From the NCBI GenBank assembly GCA_013265495.1, contig MU058384.1:1613690-1677689 (forward strand): a stretch of DNA of 64,000 bases. Reading direction: 5' to 3'. Positions 12,501-24,074 of this stretch are shown one piece after another (the stretch's first letter is position 1; each line of letters opens with the position of its first letter). The translations under genes and the position numbers were made by a program. Source of the DNA: Vicugna vicugna (lineage: Eukaryota). Below the pieces are notes generated by a model. The model was not told the DNA's origin. It saw only the letters and a list, made by a program, of their open reading frames with translations, and ran no database searches.

Positions 12501-13589
12501 AGCCTGAAGCCTTAGGCCAAATTCATTTTAGAGAAATAGCTGGAGGACATTCTTTCCAATCATTGCTGCTAGTCCTTCACTGCTGTGGCCTCCCACAGCA
12601 GCCTTTGGAGAAGAGAGACATTAGTGCAGGCATGACCAGGAACTTACTACTGCTGCTATTAGCATTAACATTGCGTATGCATATATTGTACTTCTCAAGC
12701 ATGAAAGTGATTTATGAAATGACACATGACAGCAAATGACATGCATGGACTTATGAGTCCAGTTATTGAGGTGATTTTCTTCCACATCAAGTGCATTTCT
12801 ATCTGCATTCCCCATATCTATTAGAAGGTTAAGCATCACTACATTATTTTTTTTTAATATGAAGGGTTTTTCCTTCTAATTTTTGCTGCCTCCAAATCAT
12901 GAACAAGCATTTCAGAAGATTCATATCACACTTAAGGATTTTGTTCTCCTCCTTTCTGCCTAGTCCTTCATCTTTTTAAATTTTTTTGGTGCCAACGTGT
13001 GCCATTGTTTCCCCTCTATGGGGTTTCGTTTTTATTTCTATGCTCACCAGTTCTCTAGACACACCAATGTAAAGGACAATAGTGGAAAAGAATCTAAAAT
13101 GTGAATAAATACCAACATCCCTAGTCAGCCAGCCCTGAACAGCTTATATATATTTGAAGTTATATTTGGTGTTTTGAAAATGTTTTTGTACTTACATCTG
13201 AATATATGTTTTCAGTGGTTTGGGAATTAATAATATTTTGCCCTAAATTGTGATGTCATTCTAAGAAGACTGTATTCAAGGTAACAATAAATAAAGCCAC
13301 CCTATTTGGAAATCCTTACTTCCCGGAACAGTGACTGAAGACCATATTAAATCAGAGTTGTTGTTACCTTTACAAAGCAGTTAATCAACTAATTACATGT
13401 TTTGATGAAATATCCCTCTCTTTTAGAATTTTCATTTATTCTGCTGGGTTAGAGTGAGCTGTGCAGTGACAATCTCAGTAAGTACTAAATGTCAAGGAAC
13501 ACTACTAACAAAATCAGTTTGTATGACCTGACAAAGAAATTCAAACATTCACTGTACTTTCTCAGTAAACATTCCTGTTGTTTGTTATA

Positions 13590-13930
13590 GCTCTTCCAAT
13601 TTGACCACATTTCTTTCATTCCCAACCTGCTTCCCCATGCCCCATGTAGGATTATTCTATACTAAACACAAATGTGGCTTCCACTTCAGAATCCTTAATT
13701 TAAAAAATTCTGTTGTAAACCACTTATTTCTTGGATCACAGTTCAACCTATGTTCTTTCATGCTCCATGAACCTTTACCTTGGTTCATTTTGCTTTGTTC
13801 CTTGTGCGCATTCTCATTGCTAAGAATTTTCGCCTGCCAGTTCTTCTATCGTGGGCAATCCCTAAATCAACAGCTGCCAAATATCCTCCCTCACTTCCTT
13901 CACCCTCTCCAGGAAAGCTTCCTCTTCTAA
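13590..13930 (+). mobile_element. Highly diverged L2 fragment
   Basis: aaacacaaatgtgg...ggatcacagttcaacc...ctccatga...ctctccaggaaagcttcctc resembles the L2 ORF2 end. Confidence 0.4.
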
Positions 13931-14419
13931 GAAATGTGTATGGTCAAATCCAAAATCAACTTGAGTTTGTTCATTTTTTTGCATTTTAGAATAATCACTA
14001 CCTAGAATTATAATCTGGATTTTAGTCTCCAAATTTTAAAATTTGATCATGCTCATGATGTTGTATCTGTGAAGATCTAGTATCAGAATAATTTCATAAA
14101 TATTCAAAATATTCTTCTTTTGATCACAAGTCAAAATGCTGTCCTCCACCGCCTGTGAACTTAAGCAAAATCTTATTACCTGTATTAGCCAATTAAATGA
14201 TTACAATGCACTTTGTGGTTTGTGATTATGATGAGCAGATCCCCCCGCCACACACACAACTTGCATTGACTTGTAGCACCAGTAAATCTTTGGGGTTGTT
14301 TGTTGTCACAGCACAACCTATATCATCCTAACTAATTAACTTACAGATGGTAATCTGTCCTTTTACTTAGTATCACTGCAGGGCTCATTTTCATAATAAC
14401 ATCACTGATATATTCCAGA

Positions 14420-14605
14420 GCTTTCAAGTATGTTTTATCACTTATTTTTAATTTTTTTTTTTTAGGTTTCCACTTTCAAGTCTCAAATGGAAAACCTGAA
14501 GCATGAAGAAAGAAAGTGATTCTATCAGCATTTTCCTAGAAATCATTTCTAAAGGCAGAATTAGAACAGACCTGATGTCTGGCTAGTGCCCTCTCCCATG
14601 AACCA
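14420..14605 (-). mobile_element. MIR fragment
   Basis: caaatggaaaacctgaagcatgaagaaagaaagtgatt...ggcagaattagaac antisense MIR core. Confidence 0.45.
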
Positions 14606-14647
14606 GAAATTACAAAGAAATCCAGGTTACAACCCAGTGAGAGGGAG

Positions 14648-14835
14648 TCATAGAGACATAGACTATTAAAGCTGGGAGAGTTTCAGAGCTCGCCTGATTC
14701 AGGCACCTTATTTTAAGAGGAAGATTCTAAGACCCAATGGGTTTAAATGAGTATCTTGACTAAGACCACACTCCACCTAGTTAGAGATTTGGGAGTACAA
14801 AAACTCATGTCCCTTATGCCAGTGTTTTTCTTCGA
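14648..14835 (-). mobile_element. MIR3/MIRc fragment
   Basis: catagactattaaagctgggagag...ccttattttaagaggaagattctaagaccca...ccagtgtttttcttc. Confidence 0.5.
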
Positions 14836-14984
14836 TAAAATATACACCCCCAATAAAAGGAAACACCTTGAAGATTCTGAGAACATGTAGACATATTCTC
14901 ATATACATTTCTAGATATCAGATTAAGAACTTGATCCATAATCTTTGGATATATCTTTCAGTTATAAAGGTTATTGCTATCACT

Positions 14985-16377
14985 ATAAATAAGTTTTGCC
15001 TGGAAAACTGGATAACCACATGCAAAAAAATGAAATTTCCCCCATCTTACACCACTCACAAAAATTAACTCAAAATGGATTAAAGACTTAAATGTAAGAC
15101 CTAAAACTATAAAACTCCTAGAATAAAATAGAGTGGCAAAGCTCTTTGGCATAGGACTTGGCAATGATTTTGTTGGGTATAACACTAAAAACATAAGCAA
15201 CAAAGGCAAAAATAAATAAGTGAGACTCCATAAAACTAAAAAGCTTTTGCACAGCAAAAGAAACAACCAACAAAATGAAAAGACAACCTATGGAATGGGA
15301 GAAAATATTTGCAAACTGTATAACAGATAAGGAGTTAACATCCAAAATCTATAAAGAACTCATACAACTCAATAGCAAAAAAGCACAGTCTGATTTTAAG
15401 ATGATCAGAGGAGCTAAATAGACATTTTTCCAAAGAAGACATACAAATGGCCAACCAATACATGCAAAGAGACTCAACATCATTAATCATCAGGGAAATG
15501 CAAGTCAAAACCACAATGAATTATTACCTCACACCTGTTAGAATGGCTATTATCATAATGGCAATAGATAACAAGGGTTGGCAAGATGGTGAGAAAAGGG
15601 AACCCTTATACACTGTTGGTGGGAATGTAAATTGGTGCAGCCACTGTAGAAAACAGTATGGAGTTTCCTTAAAAACTTAAAAATGGAACTACCATGTGAT
15701 CCAGCAATTACACTTCTGAGTATTTATCCAAAGAAAACAAAAACACTAATTCAAAAAGATATATATACTCCCCTGTTCACTGCAGTATAATTTACAATGA
15801 CCAAGATATGGAAAAAACCTAAGTGTCCATCAATGAATGAGTGGATAAAGATGTGCTATTTATGTACAACGGACTATTTTTCACTCATGAGAGAAAAAGA
15901 AATCTTGACATTTGCAACAACTTGGATGGGCCTTGAAGACATTATATTAACTGGAATAAGCTAGACAAAGAAAGACGAATACTGCACATCACTGATAAGT
16001 GGAATCTAAAAACAAATCCAAACTTGAATAAACAGAGGGTAAGATGGTGGTCACCAGAACCTGGGATGGAGAGAAAACAGGGAGATAGTCAAGGAATACA
16101 AACTTCCAGTTAGAAGATGAGTAGGTTCTGGGGATCTAATTCACAGCATTGTGATTAAAGATAACAGTACTGTACCATATACTCGAAAGTTGCTAAGAAA
16201 GTAAATCTTAAATGTTCTCCCTACAAAAAAGAAATGATGATTATGTGATGTGATGGAGGTTTTAGCCAAAACTACAGTGATAATTATGTTGTAATATATA
16301 AGTGTATTAAATCAACACCATATACACCTTAAAGTTACATAATATTATATGGCAATTATATCTCAATAAAGCTGAAA
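14985..16377 (+). mobile_element. 5'-truncated L1 (ORF2 C-terminus and 3' UTR, L1MA9-like)
   Basis: ORF 15447-15680 reads [25 protein letters not shown]...CSHCRKQYG (L1 ORF2 C-terminal region); 3' UTR ends caattatatctcaataaagctg; stops and frameshifts present. Confidence 0.95.
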
Positions 16378-18394
16378 TTTTTTGCCTTTATAACCAGTAA
16401 AATGACTAGTAAAATTACTTATTGAAACAAAAGCCAAAAAATAGAGTTCTTTTGGCACTTTCAATCCATGAAAATCCTTGGATTCCAGTAGTGAAGTACT
16501 ACACTAAGAATCTGTCAGCAATGTGATGTTGGATTCTCTCATTTTTGTATCTTTAGCAACTAACCCAGCACCTGGGACAGAATAGGTATTTGTGGAATAG
16601 ATGCTTCTTCTTGTACTACCTAGTTCAATTCTCTTTTCAGCATATCATGCTGAAGTTAGTAACAAATTGATGCTGATCCTGTTAGCAAATCACCTGGATG
16701 ACAAATGTGATGAGCTGGCCCTGTACCAGCCTAACTGATTTCTCTGTAGACACGCTTATGATACATTGAGAAAAAGAGAGAAGAAAGGCTCTCGTGTGTT
16801 TTTAACAGGTTAGAGGGAAAGCTCATTCTCTTCAATGAGTGTAAACACCACCTCCCAACACACACATATTCCAGTTCCAAACCTGCCATCTCCACTAACT
16901 CTGGAGATTAAGTCATTATCTAAAAGGCATGTTCTCATCCTCCAGTAGAGTTATTCACTATCCAAGATGAAACTTCCTGTCCCAAGATGAGAAAATATAT
17001 GCTGTGTGCCAGACATTGTATGTGGACTGGTTTGACCAACAGCTCTATGTCTCCAGAGAAAGAAATAAAAGCTCACAAATCTAGAAGTAAATCATTCCCC
17101 CAGGCTTTTTAGCTTGAAGATAGTAAAAAGAGGGCTGTGAACCCAAATCTAAGAGCAAAGAGAATGACAGAATTAAAAGAGGTTGCTTCCTATTGCAAGC
17201 AGCCTCATTTTATGCCTCCTCAGATGCAGCTCTTGGGGGAACTGTTACCTGACCACCATCCCTACCAAGAGGAAGACTCGGTTCCTAAGATCATAACTGG
17301 CACTTCATTCTCATTCCTACCACGTCAATTGTGAAAGGACAACATAAAGAGAATGGCTATCTCTAATCACAAAGCATCAGAAAGTCAGAAACTCACTCTC
17401 CTAGCTCTCATCATAGAATTCTTACATGGGGGGAGGTAAACTCAGTCATTAGCCTAGTGAGAACGCAGACTTTTGTTGTTCTGGATTTTAAAACTGCTTT
17501 CTGGTTTCTGCGGTAAAGTACCTTGAAGTCCTACTTTCAAGTATAAGTGGGAAGGAGCTGAATTGGCCAATTTAAAAAAAAAAAACAAGAGAGGTTATCA
17601 GTCTTCTGATCCACTTTTACAGGTAAAAGGGAAGCTTTGAGGCTTAAAACAAACTATCTTTGGAGATTCGGTTTCCAAAATTTCATATAATTCACCAGTC
17701 CCAGGAGAATTTCTGATACTGAAAAATAGGCAACTTTGGTCAGAAGGAGGATGATGTGAGCAGGTTCCTCTCTGCTCAGTATTTTTAACATTTCTTCTCT
17801 TCTCGAGGATACCTTTCTGTTTCTCAGCACAGATTTGAAGAGATGGGGTGGAGCCAGGTGGTAGAAATCATTAGAAGTTGCAAGTAATTTAAGTACATCA
17901 GCCAGAGAAATTGATACTAAAAATCAAAGTGTCCAACACTGAAAGTTTAAAAAAATATACTGTATAAAGGAAACAAGCCATTTTTCCCTGCCATTATTAA
18001 AGGGAGATTGAAATAATAATATGAACTCCAAACCATTCTTGCAGCCCTGGTATTTCCACTTGTTCTACTGTTTGATCTCCACTGCCATAAGGAAGCACTT
18101 CACAGGTGTACTCTTTGCTCAAGAAATCTTATTTTCCTAGCACTTCCTTCTAATGGATTTCCATACAACAGATTTATCAAGACATTGTAACACAGGCTGC
18201 CTTTCATGTGGTGAGGAGAGACCCTTAAGGAAGGGAGAATGGCCAGGAAGCAAACAGATTTATGCTGGAAGCAAGCAAAAGGCAGAGGACAAGGAAGAAA
18301 TTCAGGAGCCCTGGATCCGGAGGAGCCCATCGACAGCCAAACACTGAGGCCATGAGCTTAGTCAGCATGAAGGCTGGTAACAACCACAACCGTA

Positions 18395-18610
18395 ACAATG
18401 TGACTCGTCCTTCCCACCTGCCAGGCATTCTGTTAAGCTAAATTCCTTTAACTCATTATGGCATTTCATCTTCATGATAACCTAGGAGTAGGTACTATTA
18501 TTATACCTACATCGTACGTCTGGAAACTGAGGCTTAGAAACATTGCCTGCTTACTTGTGCTGAAACAGCCGGTAAGTAGAAAGGAGGAACACTTAAAACC
18601 TAGTCTGAAC
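18395..18610 (-). mobile_element. MIR SINE
   Basis: tgccaggcattctgttaagc...gtaggtactattattatacc...ggaaactgaggcttaga. Confidence 0.7.
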
Positions 18611-18664
18611 ATTACGTGTATGCTCGGTTGACAACCCTAGTGTAATCGAAAATTCATCAGATCC

Positions 18665-18805
18665 GCAGCTTCATGGATGAATCTAGGCAGTCCATAAATC
18701 CTTTGAAACTGTACAGGAAAGAATATGTGTATTTTTTTTTCAGAGAAAGTGTCTATAGGCTTTATTAGATTCTCAAATGGGTTTTGTGGTCCAAAACGGG
18801 GTCTG
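18665..18805 (+). mobile_element. hAT-Charlie MITE fragment (Charlie4z-like)
   Basis: tgaaactgtacag...tgtgtattttttttcagagaaagtgtctataggcttttattagattctcaaatggg; a similar copy lies at about 21.2 kb. Confidence 0.5.
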
Positions 18806-20739
18806 TGCTATACAGAGAGAAATCGGAGGCTGATTCCGCCAGCTCCTCCCTAGCTGTGGGAATTGGCACTGGCAGTGAATAACTTCTCAATCTTCCTTTC
18901 TGATTTCTAAGATCTCTTCCGTTTTTAAATTACAATGGTTCTATTATCTTAAATGTCCTAAGGAAGAGTCAAGAAGTAGCGCAAACTTTCCTTCCACTTT
19001 TTATGACCCCTCCCCACCCTACATGCACCCCTAACTTTATACTCCCACCCTCTCTAGATCACCTGTTTTTGTCACTCCTACAATCGGACAAAATATATCC
19101 ACTGCCACGAGCATTCTTCGTAGCCTTTCCAAACACTGGTTATATGATGCATGCAGTATGAGTCAGGCTAGGGGAAAGGGGCCCCTTTTTAAGTTTATAT
19201 GTGACTGTGAGAGCACTCAAGCATGTGTTGGCATGCCAGCCCTGTGTTAAAAAAAAAAAGACTGTTAGCAATAATGTTTTTCTGCTCAAATGGGGTTCAG
19301 GGCCATCAGAACCCTTGAGAGTGGTATGTGTACTGGGGAAAGGTATGCATGCTCAGGTAATATGGGCGTTTGGGGGGCACTGTAACCCACAACCATTTCT
19401 CCGCCTTAAATTTCTGCTACAAAAAGTTCCTCCAGCCTCATTCCCCTCTGAAGTCAAAATCTCCGGTTTAAATTCCTTACTTGGAAGGTCACTCATTCTC
19501 TCATAGCCAAAAAGCTGGTTTGCTTTTGTCTTCCCACTTGCTTTCAAATGAAAGTATCAGACCACAGACCATCTTGCTTCCCTGATTGAAAAATTAATTA
19601 CATAATGTCCAGGAGTGAAGGCTGTTGAAAGTTGTTAATGCAGTCATTGGGAACACTCTGCATTCTGATAGCTTTTATATTCATGCTCAGATGCTTGTTC
19701 TCAGCCTGCCCTGATCAGTAGTTCTGGATGGTGGGGGCAAAAATCATAGTCATGTCGTCCACTTTAGTCCCTCACTGCACTCATTCAAAAGCCCACTGTC
19801 AAGTACATTTTTATTATCCAAAATATATTTTTTTTCCCAGTGTTTGTCCACATCCCCTAGAAGTTTTAGAAGATGATTTCTTAACCTGTAAATTCCAATC
19901 ATTTGTCTAACAACCAGTATTTCTACTGCCTTGTGTTTCTAATAGATCTTGAAATTAGCACTGTGTTTCTGTTTGTCATGTGCAGCATACTCGCCAGCAG
20001 TAGAACACCAAGTGTGTCAGCTGGACAACAGACTGCAAGTCATACGTGGCCTGGGTACCTATCCCTATTACTCTGGGCAGGGCTCCAGCCCTGGGCCTGG
20101 GAATCACATGTGTCAGCAAGCTGTTGCTCCTGAAAGAAATAAAGGCCCAATTGTTTGGGGCAGGGCTTTGCAGATGTGGGGGCAACAGTGAGAGTTTTAA
20201 GCACTTTCAGGTAAATTTTTAGAAACAGAGATTTTTTAAAATCAAATTAAGGCACCAGTCCAGATGTATGACCCTTCAATACTTAGGATGAAGCAGAAAA
20301 TTACTAGCCATGAACCTATAATTACCCAAGATTCTCTGTGTTCCTACTTAAAGTCCATCCAGACACGGGGATAAGCTTGGGGTCCAAGGCTTTGGGGAAG
20401 AGGTGACAGGTTGATCCTTCAGCAGAAAATAAGGACAAAACTATCAGAACACAGTGTGACAGACTGAAAATTTTTAAACTTGCTCCTTCACCATAGGTGA
20501 TCCAAGAAGCTCTGCTTTGGACACTTTAGGAAAGTGAACTTCCCATTCGCATGGAGGAGACCAGGATGGGATATTATAAAGTATAGCCAAGAGTCATCAT
20601 AGTTAGAAGAACTGAACTGTTGGAACTGTGGGTCAGGGGTTGACTTTGGAGGTAGATGGACCTGGTTTGAGTTTGAGATCTGTCCTTTGGAGTTGACCTC
20701 TAGCAAAGGATTTTACTCCCACCCACACTCACTTGGTCT

Positions 20740-21045
20740 GACACACTCCCCTCTTCTGCAGCCCCTCATTAAGTGCCCCTCATACCTGTTTTTCTTGGTG
20801 ATCCAAGCACGGCTTCCTCCTCTAGATTCTTCCAACACTCCACTTGTGTTATTTTCACTGCCTGACATACCCATGTCTTTTTGCTTCATGGCACATTTCT
20901 ATGTAAACAGTCAATCAGCCTGCTTCACTGGATTCCAAGCTCGATGGGGGCAGGCACTGTGCTTCCCCCCTTTCTTTTTTTTTTGCACCATGGTATCCGT
21001 GCACCTGGCATCATCAGTAATTTTAAAACAGTGTTAAATAAACAT
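20740..21045 (+). mobile_element. L2 3' end fragment
   Basis: cactggattccaagctcgatgggggcaggcactgtgc...cacctggcatca...tgttaaataaa. Confidence 0.5.
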
Positions 21046-21049
21046 ATGT

Positions 21050-21203
21050 CCTCTAAATGTCTCTATTTTTCTGAAAAATGAAAGTAAGAATGGGACCTGC
21101 TTTACAGCGTTGCAGGAATTTAATGATGGGACACGTACAAAGTCCTCAGAATAATGCCTGGAACATAGGTAACACTCAATAAACATTAGTTGATGTTAAT
21201 ATT
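21050..21203 (+). mobile_element. MIR 3' half
   Basis: ctgaaaaatgaaagtaagaatg...agaataatgcctggaacataggtaacactcaataaacattagttg. Confidence 0.65.
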
Positions 21204-21219
21204 TAGAACTTAGTTCACA

Positions 21220-21366
21220 GCCTAGGGGCCTGCCCTCAATTACGTGAATCAACTGAACTTCTGTGCAAATTGTGTGTGGATCTCTTTCTGAGACGAGGAT
21301 CCTTGATATTCAGATTCTCAAATGGAGACTATTACTCCATCCTCCAGAATAAACTTAGCACCACTG
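21220..21366 (+). mobile_element. hAT-Charlie MITE fragment (Charlie4z-like), second copy
   Basis: tgtgcaaattgtgtgtg...tcagattctcaaatgg...accactg hAT-type terminus. Confidence 0.45.
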
Positions 21367-23104
21367 CCATAGAGACTGAGAGCGAATATTAGACCATAGA
21401 GAATAATATAGCAGCCTGCTTTACCCAAGAGTCTAGAGACTGTAGATTCTAATCCTCACCCAGTCTAGATTTGCTTTAATGTTCAAATCACAGAGCAAGG
21501 AACTAAGAACAAGGGTACATGGACTTTCATCCAAGTTATTTCATTTTGCTAGCTCTATGATCTTGGTTGATTCACCACTCTCTTATTTTATAAACTTTTT
21601 TAGATCAGGCAAAGATAATGCAAGGAGGAATAACAAACACACAAACAAAAATCCTAAAGATATAAAAATATAAAACTACATGAAGAAGTATAGGGTCTAC
21701 TAGTCAGAAGATCTCTTGTTCAGAGAATTCTCTTTCGTAATCTGTAAAAATAAGTGAGCTAAATTAGATAACATTGAAGATTTCTTCTCTAACTTCTCTC
21801 CAAAATCTAAAGATTTGAAATGTAGCCTCTGTTCTGGGGATTTGTTTTCCATTTGCATTTTCACTGTACAAATTTACCCCCTTGCCCACATCAAGAACAT
21901 GATTTTTACTGACCCATTTGCAAAACTGAGGCAGGGGTGGGGAAGTAAGAGGAACATTCTGCTCTTTGTGGATTTTAATTTCATATATTTAACACTGTGG
22001 TGGATACTTAGAAGAACCCAAGAGTTCATGAAAAATAAAGTACCAAAATTCCAGCTCAAAATATCTTCTTCATAGGGTGCAGCAGACCACTAATGAGAGA
22101 AGATGAAACTAACTCTTATTGGAGCTATAAATTTTTTTGCCCTCCTCTATGAATCTAAGAGTTTTGCACACTGAGATATCAACATCTTCTATTGGAATGA
22201 AGATCCATCTCAGAAAATGCGAGTTTCTAAAGAATAGAAGGGAAAAGAGCCAAGCAAGGGTGCTAACTTTCAATGCTAGGACACTTGAAAAGTTCCACCC
22301 AGGAGGGGTCAAAAGTTCTGAACTCCAAAAGAGAGAGCACAGGGCCCTGCAGGTCCATTGAAAGGTAAAGGACCTAAGAAGAGAAACAGAATCAGGGCTC
22401 TGTCCAGTGGATTGGCTTTCTGGAATATCACCTCTGTGAATCAGCCCTGGAGAATCCACTTAGGCCAGTCTTGAAGGACTGAAAACATAAGCTCACTCTC
22501 ACCCGCTGGGGCTTTCCAGATAGCATCCAGATTAATGAATCTCGTCACGTCCAGCTCACTCTCTGACGTTCTGTTCACTGTCTGTTCATCCAGCTCCTTC
22601 TTCAGAGCTTATTATTTGAAGGTGCATGGATAAATTTAATATCACAGATAATGACATACCCAAATTTCTCCACCATGAAGACAACTTTCTGCATTCTGCT
22701 CTAATTCAATTCCTATATCATTTCTTTGCTGATGGCTCAGTTCCTCAGTAAGGAAGATTCTACCCTGAAACACAGTTGAGCCTGCAGTGCAATGAAATCA
22801 CTTTGCCTGTAACTCACAGTCTCACTGACCTGATTTCTATAAATAGATAAATTCGTCAAGGAAAAACACAGAATCAATATCTGAGAGCAAACTCAGGAAA
22901 TTATTCATTTCAGATTTTTGTCTCAGATCAAATTAAAATTTCAATCATCCCTAAAACCCATATCTGCCTGTACTTTTTTAATAGAGATTCTGATTAAATA
23001 AGCTTTCTTGATAACTTCTATAACGTGATCAATTTTTCTATCATGAGAGTTCTTTTTTATGAACGTAGTAGAATAGATGAGAGCTGGATAAATCTACACT
23101 GTAG

Positions 23105-23172
23105 CAGATGTCATTTACAAATGGCAACACTGAGGACTAGAAAAAAAATAAATGACTTTCCTGAGGTAACAT
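23105..23172 (-). mobile_element. MIR core fragment
   Basis: catttacaaatggcaacactgaggactaga...aaatgactttcctgaggtaaca. Confidence 0.45.
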
Positions 23173-23174
23173 AT

Positions 23175-24030
23175 ATTCATTCATCCATCCATTTATTTAT
23201 TCATTCAACAGTCACTCAAAAAAATATTTACTGAATGCCTACTCTATCTAGTCACAGTTCTAGATACAGGGATACAGCAGTGTATTAGTTTACTAGGGCC
23301 ACCATAAAAAAAAAAAAGTACCATGAACCATGAGGCTTAAACAACAGAAATGTATTATCTCACAGTTTGGGAGATGAGAAGTCCAAGATCAAAGTGCCAG
23401 CAGTGTTGGGTCCTCCTGAAAGCTGTGAGGTAGAAACTGTTTATGCCTATCTCCAAGCTTCTGGTGGTTTAAATGTATGGTATTCCTTGGTTTTTGAAGC
23501 ATCACCCAGATCTCTGCCTTCATCCTCTCCCTGTGTGCATGTCCCTGTCCATATTTCCCCTTTTATAAGGATACTAGTCATACTGACGTCATCTTAATTA
23601 ATTACATCTACAACAAACCTATTTTCAAATAAGATCAGATTTGGAGGAACTGGGGTTGAGACCTCAACATATAAATTTCAAGGGAACAAAATTCAAATCA
23701 TAAGAAGCAAGAACAAAACAAAAACCTCTGCTACCAAGGAGTTGACTTTCAAATGATAGGAGACATTCTGTGTGTGTGTGTGCGCGCACATGTGCACATA
23801 TGTGTTATCAGACAGTGAAAAATGCAAGGAAGTAGCAGAGCAGGGTAGGGGTACAGCACAGTGATGGAGTTTCGGGGTTGCTATTTCAGATATGTATCTC
23901 TCTGATGAAGAGTGTTTTGAGCAGATCTGACTAAAGTGAGAGGCTGAGCCTACTGTAAATCCAAAAAGCAGCACATTCCAAGCAAAGGGTACAAAGACTG
24001 CAAACACTGTAGACAAGGACTTCTTACTTA
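23175..24030 (-). mobile_element. L2a 3' end, split by an MLT1C LTR
   Basis: attcattca tail, aaatatttactgaatgcctact...gggatacagcag, then after the LTR gaacaaaacaaaaacctctgc...tttgagcagatctga...cattccaagcaaagg. Confidence 0.8.
23281..23705 (-). mobile_element. MLT1C-like MaLR solo LTR
   Basis: Starts tgtattagttt, contains ggcttaaacaacagaaat...aagtccaagatcaa, ends caaatcataaga; 5 bp flanks agcag/agcaa. Confidence 0.9.
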
Positions 24031-24074
24031 AAATGATCCAGGGAGTGTTAATTATGACAGGAGCAAAGTATCCT

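Noticed and set aside
14961..16394. 10 bp inverted repeat GTTATAAAGG/CCTTTATAAC flanking the L1
   Set aside because: L1 insertion makes direct, not inverted, duplications; the match is AT-rich, offset from the junctions and does not extend.
19175..19188. 14 bp palindrome AAAGGGGCCCCTTT beside an AP-1 site
   Set aside because: Low-complexity homopolymer palindrome with no further support.
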